A stretch of DNA of 40,922 nt from an uncultured Terracidiphilus sp. (GCA_964458965.1 CAYWMR010000001.1:1-40922); one strand, 5' to 3'; shown: positions 26,175 through 36,487, counted from the first letter of the stretch. The notes: a model not told the origin generated them from the sequence alone. Numbers and translations are program-made.

Positions 26175-27149
26175 ATGGGTTTCCACGACAGTTTGGAAGA
26201 AGGTTCGCAAATCGATTCCTACCGCATTGAAGCGCCGGTGGCGCGCAGCGGCATGGCCTCAATCTATCGCGCCGTTGACGTGCGCGACAATCGCACCGTG
26301 GCTTTGAAGATTCCTCATCCCGATCTCGAAGCCGATCCCGTCCTCTTCGATCGCTTCCAGCGTGAAGCGAGCATCGGCGAAAAGTTGAACCATCCGGCGG
26401 TGATGCGCGTGTTCGGTCCCGAGAAGCGCTCACGCATCTACATGGTGATGGAATGGTGCGAGGGCCGGCTGCTGCGCCAGATTATGGAGGAAGGCAGGAT
26501 AGCCCCGGATCGCGCCACCCGTATCGCCATCGGTGTTCTGGAAGCGCTGGAATACGTCCATGCCAATGGAATCGTGCATCGCGACCTGAAGCCTGAGAAC
26601 ATCATGGTCGACGAGCAAGACCGCATCAAGCTCATTGACTTCGGCATTGCCGGCGACTCCTCAGCGCGCCGCCTCACCTACGCCAACTTCACCGCCGTGT
26701 TCGGCTCGCCCAACTACATGTCTCCCGAACAGGTGCAGGGCAAGCGCGGAGACGGCCGCTCCGACCTCTATTCCCTGGGCGTGATTCTCTACGAGATGCT
26801 GTCCGGGAAGCTGCCCTTTTCAGGCCCCACGCCGATGGCCATCATGAATGAGCGGCTGTTGAACTATCCCATCCCGCTTCGTGTCGCCGAGCCTGCTGCC
26901 TCACCCCAGTTACAGGAGATACTGTGCCGCGCGCTGGAGAAAGACCCCAGGAATCGCTATGCCAGGGCAAATGAGTTTGCACACGATCTTGCCAACCAGG
27001 ACCAGGTTGGCGTGGAGGACCGTGTGGAATTGCGCGATTGGCAAAAGCGCAAATCGCAGACCAAGCGCAAGGTGCTTTACTATGCCGGGCTGGCTCTTAT
27101 TCCCGTGGCCATCCTGCTGCTGATGATCCTGCTTGCGCACCACCGGTAG
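26175..27149 (+). CDS. Hanks-type Ser/Thr protein kinase with C-terminal TM anchor and no extracellular domain
   Basis: [43 protein letters not shown]; hydrophobic C-terminus. Confidence 0.93.
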   Translation: MGFHDSLEEGSQIDSYRIEAPVARSGMASIYRAVDVRDNRTVALKIPHPDLEADPVLFDRFQREASIGEKLNHPAVMRVFGPEKRSRIYMVMEWCEGRLLRQIMEEGRIAPDRATRIAIGVLEALEYVHANGIVHRDLKPENIMVDEQDRIKLIDFGIAGDSSARRLTYANFTAVFGSPNYMSPEQVQGKRGDGRSDLYSLGVILYEMLSGKLPFSGPTPMAIMNERLLNYPIPLRVAEPAASPQLQEILCRALEKDPRNRYARANEFAHDLANQDQVGVEDRVELRDWQKRKSQTKRKVLYYAGLALIPVAILLLMILLAHHR

Positions 27150-27175
27150 CTAACGGTGGGCTCTGTAAATGAAGA

Positions 27176-27245
27176 TGTCATCCTGAGCGAACGGGGCCCC
27201 GAACGTTTTTCAGTTCGGGGGTGGTGAGTCGAAGGATCCGCGGTT
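27176..27245 (+). repeat. Second family of palindromic intergenic element (GTCATCCTGAGCGAA...GTCGAAGGATC)
   Basis: Internal hairpin CCCCGAAC...GTTCGGGG closed by ATCCT...AGGAT, between convergent genes. Only one copy is in the window; recognised as a REP-like motif from memory. Confidence 0.6.
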
Positions 27246-27285
27246 GCACTTCGTAATACATGCGACGAATCTTAGAAACGGCTGG

Positions 27286-28545
27286 TTAGCCGGAGATGGT
27301 CCTGGCCCTTGCATCCGCGCCACCCTCTTCCAACCCCGACCCCAGGAACTCCTGAAAAACGTTGTTGGAAATCAATCTCCCTCCCGCGGTCAACCGAACA
27401 GTTTCCCCGTCCCAAGTCAGCAACCCATCCTCAACCAGCCGCTCCACCGCGTCCATCCCCGGTGCAACCATCTCGGAGCCAAACTCACTCTCCAACGAAG
27501 AAACTTCGACCCCGGCATTGAGCCGAAGGCCCAGGAACCAAGCCTCTTCCAGTTGGCGTGCCGGTCCCAGCCATGCGGTCTCCACTGCTTGGGGTCCTTC
27601 GAGAAACGCCGCCAGGTCGTCTGTGGTTGTCGATCGCAGAACGTAGCGCGCCGCGGCCGAGTCTGCTTCATGCAACGCCGCCCGCAGCATCGACGAGGCA
27701 TCCAACCCCAGCCCCAGATACGGCCGCCGCTGCCAGTAGCGCAGATTGTGCCGCGACTTAAAACCCGGCCTGCAAAAATTGGAAATCTCGTATTGCTCAA
27801 GGCCTGCCCGCGCCAGCCTCTCGATCGCCCAGGAGTACATCTGGGCAATCGCATCGTCGGTGGGAACCAGCCCGGCATGGTACCGCGCCCCGCCGCTCAG
27901 CATCTCCCGGCCCAATCGGGAGTCCTCGTCCACCTCCAGCATGTACACGCTGGCATGCGGAACGCCGCTCGCGACCAGCCCCCCAATCGACTCCTCCCAC
28001 GACTCAAACGTCTGCCCCGCGAGCCCCGCGATCAGATCCACGCTCAGATTGGAAATCCCGGCTCCGCGCAGTCTTCGCAAATCCTCCATCACCGTCGCCC
28101 GGTTGTGCAGCCTCCCGCTCACCTGCGCCTCGCGATCGATCAGCGACTGTACACCCAGGCTCACCCGATTCACCCCACAGGCGGCCAGCGCCTCCAGCGT
28201 CTCGTCCGCAATCTGTCCCGGCGCGCACTCAACGGTAATCTCGGCGTCCGAATCAAAGTCGAACTCCGCCCGCAACGCCCTGAACAGCCTCGCCAGCAGC
28301 GCCGGCGCAAGCAGGCTTGGCGTCCCTCCGCCCAGGTAAACCGTGTCCACACGCCGCCCCAGCTCAACATCCATCCGCGCCGCCCAGTCCCCGGCTGAGG
28401 CCACGTCCTGGATCACCCTTTCCACATAGCGCGCGTGTTCGCTGGCCGGATAAACGCCAGATGCAAAGTTGCAATAGGTACATTTCGAGCGGCAAAATGG
28501 AATGGATAGGTAGAGTCCAAGCCCGTCATTTTTGTGATCAAACAT
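27286..28545 (-). CDS. hemW: Radical SAM heme chaperone HemW (HemN-like)
   Basis: YLSIPFCRSKCTYCNF (CxxxCxxC), YLGGGTPS, RVSLGVQS, YEISNF, and the HemW-diagnostic HNLRYW (HNxxYW). Start uncertain. Confidence 0.88.
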   Translation of the reverse strand: MFDHKNDGLGLYLSIPFCRSKCTYCNFASGVYPASEHARYVERVIQDVASAGDWAARMDVELGRRVDTVYLGGGTPSLLAPALLARLFRALRAEFDFDSDAEITVECAPGQIADETLEALAACGVNRVSLGVQSLIDREAQVSGRLHNRATVMEDLRRLRGAGISNLSVDLIAGLAGQTFESWEESIGGLVASGVPHASVYMLEVDEDSRLGREMLSGGARYHAGLVPTDDAIAQMYSWAIERLARAGLEQYEISNFCRPGFKSRHNLRYWQRRPYLGLGLDASSMLRAALHEADSAAARYVLRSTTTDDLAAFLEGPQAVETAWLGPARQLEEAWFLGLRLNAGVEVSSLESEFGSEMVAPGMDAVERLVEDGLLTWDGETVRLTAGGRLISNNVFQEFLGSGLEEGGADARARTISG

Positions 28546-28643
28546 TGTAATGATTCTTTCACGCTCTCCCGCGGACCCATGTTCCTCCGATTCATCCGCC
28601 TGAAATCCAGGAGCATGCAACAATAAAGTCAAGGAGCTTCGGT

Positions 28644-29762
28644 TTGAAAGCCTGGCCTGTTGTGGGCATTGTCTTGATGCAAGGTATTTTTCTTCTGGCC
28701 CACTGGTTTATTTATCGTACAGTCATCGTCTTTTTCGCCCCGCTCAGCCCGGAAGTTATCCTGGTGCTCCGGTCCTCGTTGCTGATTCTTGCCTTCAGTT
28801 TCACCGTAACCGCCCTGCTGAACTTCTGGGTTTCCAATCCCCTGGTCACTCTTGCCTACGGGATTGGCGCAGTCTGGCTCGGGTTTCTTAACTACTTCTT
28901 CTTTGCGGCCTGTTTGAGTTGGCTGGCCTGGCTCGCCGTGCTGCTTGGCTTCCAACACGGCTACCCCTACCACCACCGCGATCTGGTCGCCTCAGTCTTC
29001 TTTCTTCCGGCTGTTTTGGCCGGTGTCTACGGCCTCCTCAACGCTCTTTGGATCCGCACACGGCGGGTGACCATACAGCTTCCCAACCTGCCCCCTTCAT
29101 GGAGCAATCGAACCGCCCTGCTCATCAGCGACCTGCACCTGGGCACCGTCAATGGTCCCGCCTACAGCCGCCGCATCGCGACCATGGCAGCCCGCCTTCG
29201 CCCGGATATTGTCTTCATCCCCGGTGATTTTTTCGACGGCGCCAAGACCGACCCGGACAAGCTGGCTGCGCCCTTCCTTCAACTTTCCCCGCCCCTCGGA
29301 ACCTACTTCGTCAGCGGAAACCACGACGAGTACGGCAACCTGCCCCTCTGCACCAAGGCCTTGACCCGCGCCGGCATCCGGGTTCTTTCCAACGAACGGG
29401 TAACCGTGGACGGTCTGCACATCGTCGGCGTTCCTTACAGCGGATCGTCTTACCTCGCGCTACGCAATTTTCTTGAGAGCCTGAAGCTGAGCACGGCCGA
29501 GCCCAGCATTCTGCTCAACCACGTCCCCAGCCGCCTGCCGGTCGTTGAGCAAGCCGGCATCAGCCTCCAGCTCTCTGGCCACACGCACAAGGGGCAGATC
29601 TTTCCCTTTACCTGGTTCGTTCGCCGCGCCTTTGGCCGGTTTAGCTATGGATTGCAGCGGTTCGGCTCGATGCAGATTTATACCTCCAGCGGCGCAGGAA
29701 CCTGGGGTCCTCCCATGCGCGTCGGCACCTATTCTGAAATTGTGCTGCTCAAGCTTGAGTAG
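28644..29762 (+). CDS. Membrane-anchored calcineurin-like metallophosphoesterase (YkuE/YaeI-like)
   Basis: N-terminal TMs; SDLHLG, GDFFDG, SGNHD, LLNHVP, SGHTHKGQ; AAGGAG before TTG. Confidence 0.92.
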   Translation: MKAWPVVGIVLMQGIFLLAHWFIYRTVIVFFAPLSPEVILVLRSSLLILAFSFTVTALLNFWVSNPLVTLAYGIGAVWLGFLNYFFFAACLSWLAWLAVLLGFQHGYPYHHRDLVASVFFLPAVLAGVYGLLNALWIRTRRVTIQLPNLPPSWSNRTALLISDLHLGTVNGPAYSRRIATMAARLRPDIVFIPGDFFDGAKTDPDKLAAPFLQLSPPLGTYFVSGNHDEYGNLPLCTKALTRAGIRVLSNERVTVDGLHIVGVPYSGSSYLALRNFLESLKLSTAEPSILLNHVPSRLPVVEQAGISLQLSGHTHKGQIFPFTWFVRRAFGRFSYGLQRFGSMQIYTSSGAGTWGPPMRVGTYSEIVLLKLE

Positions 29763-29772
29763 GCGGGTTTCA

Positions 29773-29800
29773 TGCTAAAATGTAGCTACGTTGCTACATT
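29773..29800 (+). promoter_or_regulatory. vapBC promoter (extended -10) with overlapping palindromic operator
   Basis: TGCTAAAAT overlaps the inverted repeat AATGTAGC-N6-GCTACATT (29779-29800), directly before the GGAGG RBS. Confidence 0.65.
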
Positions 29801-29811
29801 GGAGGCTCCCC

Positions 29812-30069
29812 ATGGCGATTACAACACTTTCCAGCAGGGAGTTCAATCAGGACCGGAGCCGCGCAAAGAAGGCGGCGCAAAATGGCCCCGTATTCATCAC
29901 TGACCGCGGACGGCCGGCGCTGGTGCTGCTCTCAATCGATGAATACCAGAAGATTGCGGGTAAGCCCCACAGTATTGCCGATCAGCTTGCCATGCCGGAA
30001 GCAGCGGAAATCGAATTCGATCCACCGCGGATGGGCGACATACTTCGTTACCCTCTTGATCTGTCATGA
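29812..30069 (+). CDS. vapB: Phd/YefM-family antitoxin
   Basis: MAITTLSSREFNQD...GPVFITDRGRPALVLLSIDEY; 4-nt overlap with the PIN toxin gene. Confidence 0.9.
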   Translation: MAITTLSSREFNQDRSRAKKAAQNGPVFITDRGRPALVLLSIDEYQKIAGKPHSIADQLAMPEAAEIEFDPPRMGDILRYPLDLS

Positions 30070-30503
30070 TGTACCTGCTGGACACTAACGTAGTGTCAGA
30101 GTTGCGTAAGTCTCCCGTTCGTCGCGGGAGGTTGGCCACGGTCGATCCAAACGTGCTGGCCTGGTCAGAGTCCGTTCCTGATGCCCACCAATTCTTGTCT
30201 GTCGTTACGATTCTCGAATTCGAGCACGGCACCCTGCTTATGCAGGCACGCGACTCGCGCCAAGGGGCCATCTTTCGCACGTGGCTTGATAGGAAGGTGT
30301 TACCTGCCTTTGCCGGTCGAGTGCTGCCGATCGACACGTCCATCGCGTTGAAGTGTGCCGCCCTTCATGTGCCGAATCTTCGTCCGGAGCGTGACGCATT
30401 GATTGCTGCAACAGCGCTTATCCATGGCATGACCGTCGTAACTCGCAATGTCAGCCACTTCCGAACCACTGGCGTGCCAATCGTCAACCCATGGGAGGAT
30501 TGA
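30066..30503 (+). CDS. vapC: VapC PIN-domain toxin
   Basis: YLLDTNVVSE, SVVTILE, DALIAATALIHGMTVVTRN...F, VNPW. Confidence 0.93.
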   Translation: MMYLLDTNVVSELRKSPVRRGRLATVDPNVLAWSESVPDAHQFLSVVTILEFEHGTLLMQARDSRQGAIFRTWLDRKVLPAFAGRVLPIDTSIALKCAALHVPNLRPERDALIAATALIHGMTVVTRNVSHFRTTGVPIVNPWED

Positions 30504-30563
30504 ATGGCTACGGGAGCGGCCCCCGTTGATTTACACTTGCTCTTCAACTGAAGGGGACGCTCC

Positions 30564-32756
30564 ATGCTGCCACTAAGCAAACGCTTTCTCGCACTGATTG
30601 CAACTGTGGTTTTGGTCGCATCGAAACCAGCCTTCGCGCAAAACCAACAACAGCCGTCCACCACCCCCGACCTAACCTTCCCCACAGTCCTCTACGGCGC
30701 AGCCTACTACAACGAATACATGCCCGGCGACGACGCTGACCACGCAGCCCGCCTCGACAAGGACGTCGCCCTGATGAAGGCCGCCGGCCTCAACGTCGTG
30801 CGCATGGGCGAGTCCACATGGAGCCTGTGGGAACCGGAAGACGGCCGCTTCGAATACGCCTGGATGGACCGCGTCGTCGATGCGATGGGCAAGGCCGGCA
30901 TCAAGGTCATCCTCGGCACGCCCACATACGCAATCCCCACCTGGATGGCTCACCAGCATCCTGAGATCTTCGCCGATCGCATTCCCAGCGGCATGTTCGG
31001 TGGCAAGCCCATCGCCAGCACCTACGGCATACGGCAGAACATGGACACGGATTCGCCCGCCTACCGTTTCTACGCCGAGCGCCTGATCCGTCACATCGTG
31101 GCTCATTACAAAGACAACCCCACCGTCATCGGCTGGCAACTCGACAACGAGACCGGCAGCTACGAAGCCGCCAATCCCGACGTGTTCATCGGCTTCCAGC
31201 ATTACCTGGAAAAGAAGTTCGTCACGCCCGAAGCGCTGAGCAAGGCCTGGTTCCTCAACTACTGGGGCGAAAATCTGCGCACCTGGGAAGACCTGCCAAC
31301 CCGCGACGGCACCATCTCTACCGGCTACAAGCTGGAGTGGACCCGCTGGAGCCAGATGCGGGTCACGGACTTCCTCCACTGGCAGTCCGCGCTGGTCCGC
31401 GAGTGCGCTTCCCCGCGCCAGTTCATCACCACGGACTACGGCGGCATGATGAAGCGCGACGTAAATGAAGAGGCCGTCGCCGGGTCGCTCGACATCGTCG
31501 CCGACAACATCTATCACGGAACGCAGGACCACTACGATGGCTCCTTCCAGGCTCTTCAGACCGACTTCTCCCGCTCACTCAAACACGGCAATTTCCTGGT
31601 CACCGAAACCAACGGGCAGACCATCGGATGGACCTCCGGCGGCCAGTATCCCCCTTACGACGGCCAGCTCCGCGAAGATGTCTACACCTATCTCGCGAGC
31701 GGCGCAAACATGGTGGAATACTGGCATTGGGCCTCCATCCACGGCAATCAGGAGACCTATTGGAAGGGCATTCTCTCGCACGACCTGGAACCCAACCGCG
31801 AGTATGCCGAAGTGAGCCGCACCGCCCACGAACTGCAAAAGGTCGGCCCGCATCTTGTCGGCCTCAAGATCCATAACGACGTCGCCATTCTCTGGAGCCG
31901 CGACTCGGCAAACGCCATCAGCTTTATGCCCTACGGCGGCGGCGTGCCGGCCCGCAGTTGGAGCGGAGATTCCGATGGCTACGCCTCGCTGGTGCAGCAG
32001 ATGCACCACGCGCTCTACGACATGAACGTGGGCGCGGACTTTGTCTTCCCTGAGACCCAGGACTTCTCGCAATACAAAGTCCTCATCGTCCCCGTGCTCT
32101 ACATTTCGGACGACGCCCTGCTCCAGCGCATCTCCGACTACGTGAAGAGCGGCGGCCACGTTGTAATGACCTTCAAGAGCGGATTCGCTAATCAGGACTC
32201 CGCCGTGCGCTGGGTGCGCGCTCCCGGCCCGCTTCGCGAAGCCGCCGGCTTCAGCTATCAGGAGTTCTCAAGCCTCGAACACTCCCTCGCTCTCAAGGGA
32301 GATCCATTCAACGTGAACAGCGCCGGCCCAACTGCAAACCAGGTCTATTACTGGGCTGAGTTCCTGATGCCCGAGCACGCCAAAGCCCTGGCCTGGTACG
32401 ACCATCCGTTCTTCGGAAAATGGCCGGCAATCACCGAGAACAACTTTGGCGCGGGAACTCTGCTTTACGAAGGAACTTATCTCTCCGATAAGCTGCAAAC
32501 CGCTATACTGCGCGCCACTTTGGAGAAGGCCGGCATCACCAGCCCCGACCAGCAACTCCCGCCCGCGGTCCACGTCCAGCACGGCGTCAATCGTCTCGGC
32601 AAGCGCCTGCATTACTTCTTCAACTACTCCGGCGCCGAAGTGAAAATCGGCTATCCCTTCGCTGCCGGAACGAATCTGCTCGATGGAAGCGCCGCTCCCA
32701 AAGCCGCCACGCTTACCCTTCCGCCGTGGGACCTGGCCATCATCGAGGAGAACTGA
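30564..32756 (+). CDS. Secreted GH42 beta-galactosidase
   Basis: Signal peptide; YGAAYYNEY, MKAAGLNVVRMGESTWS, WQLDNE (acid/base), VTETN (nucleophile region), trimerisation-type domain. Confidence 0.9.
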   Translation: MLPLSKRFLALIATVVLVASKPAFAQNQQQPSTTPDLTFPTVLYGAAYYNEYMPGDDADHAARLDKDVALMKAAGLNVVRMGESTWSLWEPEDGRFEYAWMDRVVDAMGKAGIKVILGTPTYAIPTWMAHQHPEIFADRIPSGMFGGKPIASTYGIRQNMDTDSPAYRFYAERLIRHIVAHYKDNPTVIGWQLDNETGSYEAANPDVFIGFQHYLEKKFVTPEALSKAWFLNYWGENLRTWEDLPTRDGTISTGYKLEWTRWSQMRVTDFLHWQSALVRECASPRQFITTDYGGMMKRDVNEEAVAGSLDIVADNIYHGTQDHYDGSFQALQTDFSRSLKHGNFLVTETNGQTIGWTSGGQYPPYDGQLREDVYTYLASGANMVEYWHWASIHGNQETYWKGILSHDLEPNREYAEVSRTAHELQKVGPHLVGLKIHNDVAILWSRDSANAISFMPYGGGVPARSWSGDSDGYASLVQQMHHALYDMNVGADFVFPETQDFSQYKVLIVPVLYISDDALLQRISDYVKSGGHVVMTFKSGFANQDSAVRWVRAPGPLREAAGFSYQEFSSLEHSLALKGDPFNVNSAGPTANQVYYWAEFLMPEHAKALAWYDHPFFGKWPAITENNFGAGTLLYEGTYLSDKLQTAILRATLEKAGITSPDQQLPPAVHVQHGVNRLGKRLHYFFNYSGAEVKIGYPFAAGTNLLDGSAAPKAATLTLPPWDLAIIEEN

Positions 32757-32763
32757 CAACCAT

Positions 32764-33378
32764 ATGGCTGAAGACAATCCAGTTCCGATTGATCTTCCGA
32801 TGCCCATTCGCACGCCGCGTCTGCTCATCCGCCCACGGCAACCGGGTGACGGTGAGCGAGCGTTGGCTGCAATACGCGAGACTTGGGACCAGCTTCACAG
32901 ATGGATGGCGTGGGCTGAGAATTTGGACGACTTCACTTCCGAGCGGCTGGAGACGCGCAACCGCTGCGCAATAGCCAATTTTGTTCAGAGGAACCCAATA
33001 GAACTAATTGGCATTGGAATCGCCACTGGAGAACCCGTTGTGTGGTGCGGGCTTCACGATATTGACTGGAAGGCGTACCAGTGCGACACCGGCTTCTGGG
33101 TCCGTAGAAGCGCCCAGGGCCGGAATATTGCAACAGAGGCGGCGAACGCAATGCTTCGCTATGCTTTTGGTGCGTTAGGCATGCGCCGAGTCGGCCTTAC
33201 GCATTCGGATGGGAATGAGGCCAGCCGCCGCATTGCCGAAAAGCTTGGGTTCGTGCACGTGGGAGTTGACCGGGCAGCCAACCCGTTGCCGGGAGGCCTT
33301 ATGGCCGACAGATTCCGCTATGAGCGATTTGGCACGGAGGGTCTGCCGCCGTTGGAAGTGCAGTGGGGCAACGGGTAA
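32764..33378 (+). CDS. GNAT RimJ/RimL-family N-acetyltransferase
   Basis: IRTPRLLIRP, GFWVRRSAQGRNIATEA, NEASRRIAEKLGF. Confidence 0.9.
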   Translation: MAEDNPVPIDLPMPIRTPRLLIRPRQPGDGERALAAIRETWDQLHRWMAWAENLDDFTSERLETRNRCAIANFVQRNPIELIGIGIATGEPVVWCGLHDIDWKAYQCDTGFWVRRSAQGRNIATEAANAMLRYAFGALGMRRVGLTHSDGNEASRRIAEKLGFVHVGVDRAANPLPGGLMADRFRYERFGTEGLPPLEVQWGNG

Positions 33379-33717
33379 TTGGTGCGCTCGGGAGCGCAGT
33401 TCCCGACTTGAAGACAGATCTTCACGTTGCGTCGCTAGCTTGTCGAAATGGATCTGCGCCTCGTTAGCATGATTCCTCCAGATTCACGGACGATAGAGGA
33501 GGAATGCCCGACGGACGAAACCTGCACTGTCCGGAGACAATATTTCCACAACGTAGTGCTTGTGGGACGCGCGCCGGCCTCGGGGCGAGCTCTCAAGTCA
33601 AATTTCTCTCGCCCATTGTTCTTTCCGGGTGATACTCTACGTCCACAAAAGGGCTGCCCGTCCCCAAGCAAGCCAACCGGTCACCCCTAAGAGAACTCCC
33701 CCCTCAAAGGAGAAACA

Positions 33718-36012
33718 ATGATTCGGAGAATCGGCCTGTATCTGCTCACTGCCGCTGCGCTTTTCACCCTCTCCACAATCAATTCCCAGGCCCAATCGGT
33801 CCTGACGCGTCATACCCGGGAAGTAACCCGCACCGGCGAGGCTAAGCTTCAGGGACGCCTGCCCGCCGCCCAGACACTGCAACTCGATCTCGTTCTGCCC
33901 GTGCGCGATCAGGCTGGACTCGATGCCTTCGTGGCTGCGGTCAACGATCCATCCAGCTCCTCCTACCGGCAGTTCCTCACCCCGGCGGAATTCACGCAGC
34001 GCTTCGGTCCAACACAGCAGGATTATGATGCGGTGCTCGCTTTCGCCAAGTCGAATGGCCTCGCTGTGGTTGGCGGAACCCGCGATGGTTTGGATGTGCA
34101 GGTCAAGGGCTCCGTTGCCGCCATCCAATCCGCTTTCCATGTCAACATGCTCACTTTTAAGCACCCAACCGAGGACCGCACCTTCTACGCGCCGGACCGC
34201 GAACCCACCACCGGCCTGTCGTTCTCGCTTTGGCACGTCTCGGGACTCGATAACTACTCCATCCCCCATCCCATGTACGTCAAGAAGAGCGACTACGCCA
34301 AAGCTCATGACATCCCTGAGGAGCAAGTCGTCACCCATGCCACCACCGGCTCCGGCCCATCGGCTTCGTTCCTGGGCAGCGATATGCGCGCAGCCTACTA
34401 CGGTGGAACGGCCCTTACCGGCGCAGGCCAGAACCTGGGATTGTTTGAGTACGAGGGCACCGACCTTACCGACCTGACCACCTACTTCAAAAACGTGGGC
34501 CAGACCAACAACGTGCCCATCACCCTGCTCTCGACAGACGGCACCAGCACCTCCTGCGTATATACCAGAGCCGGCGGCGATTGCGACGACACCGAGCAGA
34601 CCCTCGACATGACCCAGGCCATCGGTATGGCCCCGGGTCTCGCCAGCCTGGTCATGTACATCGGGTCCACCGACACGGCTATCATCAGCGCCATGACCAC
34701 GCACAGCCCGCTGCCCACTACCATCGGCTGCTCGTGGGGCTGGACACCTGCCGATCCAAGCACGCTGAACCCGTACTTCGAGAAGATGGCGTCTCAGGGC
34801 CAGAACTTCTTCGCGGCGTCGGGCGACAGTTCCACATGGTCGTCGAGCAACGAAGCCTGGCCGGCGGATAACGCCTACGTGGTTTCAGTAGGCGGCACAG
34901 ATCTGGTTACAGCCAGCGCAGCCGGTCCCTGGAAGTCCGAGACAGCATGGACGGATTCCGGCGGCGGCATCTCCCCGGATAGCATTCCCATCCCCGCGTG
35001 GCAGCAGTTGTCCGGCGTCATCAACTCCAGCAACAAAGGCTCAACCACCCTGCGCAACGGCCCCGACGTTTCGGCAAACGCCAACTTCTCTTTCTACACC
35101 TGCGCCGATCAGACCACCTGCCTCGCCAATGAGTACGGCGGCACCAGCTTTGCCACTCCCATGTGGGCCGCTTACATTGCCCTGGCAAACGAGCAATCAG
35201 TCAACAACGGCGGCAAGACCCTGGGCTTTATCGACCCCACTATCTACCCCCTCGCTCTCAGCTCAAGCTATGCCGCCGACTTCCACGACATCACCAGCGG
35301 CACATCCGGTAGCTATTCGGCAGAAGTTGGTTACGACTTGGTCACCGGCTGGGGCTCGCCCAACGGGGCCGCGCTCATCAACGCGCTTGCTCCGACAGCT
35401 ACTTCTCCCACCTACAGCCTCTCCGCCACATCGGTTTCGATCGTGCAGGGCAGCAGCGGCAGCTCGACTGTCACCTCTACGGTTGAAGACGGCTTCGACT
35501 CCGCGGTTACTCTCTCCGTCAGCGGCCTTCCGACAGGCGTCACCTACACCTTCACTCCCACTTCCATCACCGGCTCCGGCACATCGTCGTTGGCCCTGAC
35601 GGTACCCGCGGCAACTGCGGTTGGATCGTACACAGTCACCGTATCGGGCACCGGCGGCGGCATCACGCAGACCACCACCTTCACGCTCACCGTAACCGCG
35701 CCTGTTACCGGCGGCTTCACCATCTCCGTCTCTCCCACCTCGGGCTATCTCGATCAGGGGCAGAGCGGCTATGGGGTGGTTACAGTGACTGCGAAAGGCG
35801 GCTTTGACTCCGCAGTTACGCTGTCTGCCACGGGCATCCCGACAGGTGTGACGGGGAGCTTCAGCCCCACTTCCGTTACCGGCTCCGGCACGTCGGACTT
35901 CACGCTCACCGTGTCCAGAACCGCCAAGACCGGCACCTATCCCATCACCATCAAGGGCACCAGCGGAAGCACCTCGGAAACCACAACCCTCACCTTCACG
36001 GTGCGGCGCTAA
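33718..36012 (+). CDS. S53 (sedolisin) serine protease with pro-domain and two tandem C-terminal Ig-like repeats, no membrane anchor
   Basis: Signal peptide; YRQFLTPAEFTQRFG; EQTLD, AASGDS, GGTSFATP, YDLVTGWGSP; two repeats sharing GFDSAVTLS..G.PTGVT..F.PTS.TGSGTS. Confidence 0.93.
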   Translation: MIRRIGLYLLTAAALFTLSTINSQAQSVLTRHTREVTRTGEAKLQGRLPAAQTLQLDLVLPVRDQAGLDAFVAAVNDPSSSSYRQFLTPAEFTQRFGPTQQDYDAVLAFAKSNGLAVVGGTRDGLDVQVKGSVAAIQSAFHVNMLTFKHPTEDRTFYAPDREPTTGLSFSLWHVSGLDNYSIPHPMYVKKSDYAKAHDIPEEQVVTHATTGSGPSASFLGSDMRAAYYGGTALTGAGQNLGLFEYEGTDLTDLTTYFKNVGQTNNVPITLLSTDGTSTSCVYTRAGGDCDDTEQTLDMTQAIGMAPGLASLVMYIGSTDTAIISAMTTHSPLPTTIGCSWGWTPADPSTLNPYFEKMASQGQNFFAASGDSSTWSSSNEAWPADNAYVVSVGGTDLVTASAAGPWKSETAWTDSGGGISPDSIPIPAWQQLSGVINSSNKGSTTLRNGPDVSANANFSFYTCADQTTCLANEYGGTSFATPMWAAYIALANEQSVNNGGKTLGFIDPTIYPLALSSSYAADFHDITSGTSGSYSAEVGYDLVTGWGSPNGAALINALAPTATSPTYSLSATSVSIVQGSSGSSTVTSTVEDGFDSAVTLSVSGLPTGVTYTFTPTSITGSGTSSLALTVPAATAVGSYTVTVSGTGGGITQTTTFTLTVTAPVTGGFTISVSPTSGYLDQGQSGYGVVTVTAKGGFDSAVTLSATGIPTGVTGSFSPTSVTGSGTSDFTLTVSRTAKTGTYPITIKGTSGSTSETTTLTFTVRR

Positions 36013-36058
36013 CCCTCAATTTCCGCCCGCTTAACCTAAGCGGCGCTGTACAACAAAT

Positions 36059-36089
36059 GGGCCCGGACTCTCCAGTCCGGGCCCTTTTT
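36059..36089 (+). terminator. Rho-independent terminator
   Basis: Perfect 11-bp stem GGGCCCGGACT-ctcc-AGTCCGGGCCC followed by TTTTT. Confidence 0.9.
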
Positions 36090-36247
36090 ATCGATGGAAC
36101 CCGTTAAAGATGACCCTTCGCTCCTTATCCTGTTGTACGGGAAAGCGAGCGCGACCTTTCCCAATTTCGGACACTACGATTCTCAGCCAGCTCCCAATCT
36201 GTGGCACAATATGGGATAAGGGAAGGGCCTTGCAGACAGGAGAAGTT

Positions 36248-36475
36248 ATGTACACGCTCGACCGTATCGTTTCTACTCCAGGGGTGGTCGGCGGAAAGCC
36301 GCGTATCAAAGGGACGCGTGTGACTGTTGGGGTGATTCTCGGCCAGCTTGCTGTCGGCCATAGTATCGAAGAAGTTCTCCGCGATTACCCGTACATACAA
36401 CGCGAAGATGTGCTGGCGGCTCTGCAATTTGCGGCGTGGCGCGCACAAGAGGAAGAAGTGGAACTGAGTGCGTAG
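36248..36475 (+). CDS. DUF433 HTH antitoxin (VapB45-like)
   Basis: MYTLDRIVSTPGVVGGKPRIKGTRVTV...EEVLRDYPYIQREDVLAALQFAA; GGAG before ATG 36248. Confidence 0.92.
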   Translation: MYTLDRIVSTPGVVGGKPRIKGTRVTVGVILGQLAVGHSIEEVLRDYPYIQREDVLAALQFAAWRAQEEEVELSA

Positions 36476-36487
36476 GCGTCCAGTTTC

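Noticed and set aside
27244-28398. 384-aa plus-strand ORF, and similar ORFs 21487..22731, 33637..34704 and 37607..38470
   Set aside because: They are antisense shadows of hemW, the STAND kinase, the S53 protease and the TIGR03435 gene.
27286-28545. Calling the radical SAM gene hemN (coproporphyrinogen dehydrogenase)
   Set aside because: It lacks the HemN N-terminal extension and has the HNxxYW motif typical of HemW.
36192-36216. Imperfect palindrome TCCCAATCTGTG-G-CACAATATGGGA upstream of DUF433
   Set aside because: It is a plausible TA operator, but only 9 of 12 positions pair, which is too weak to call.
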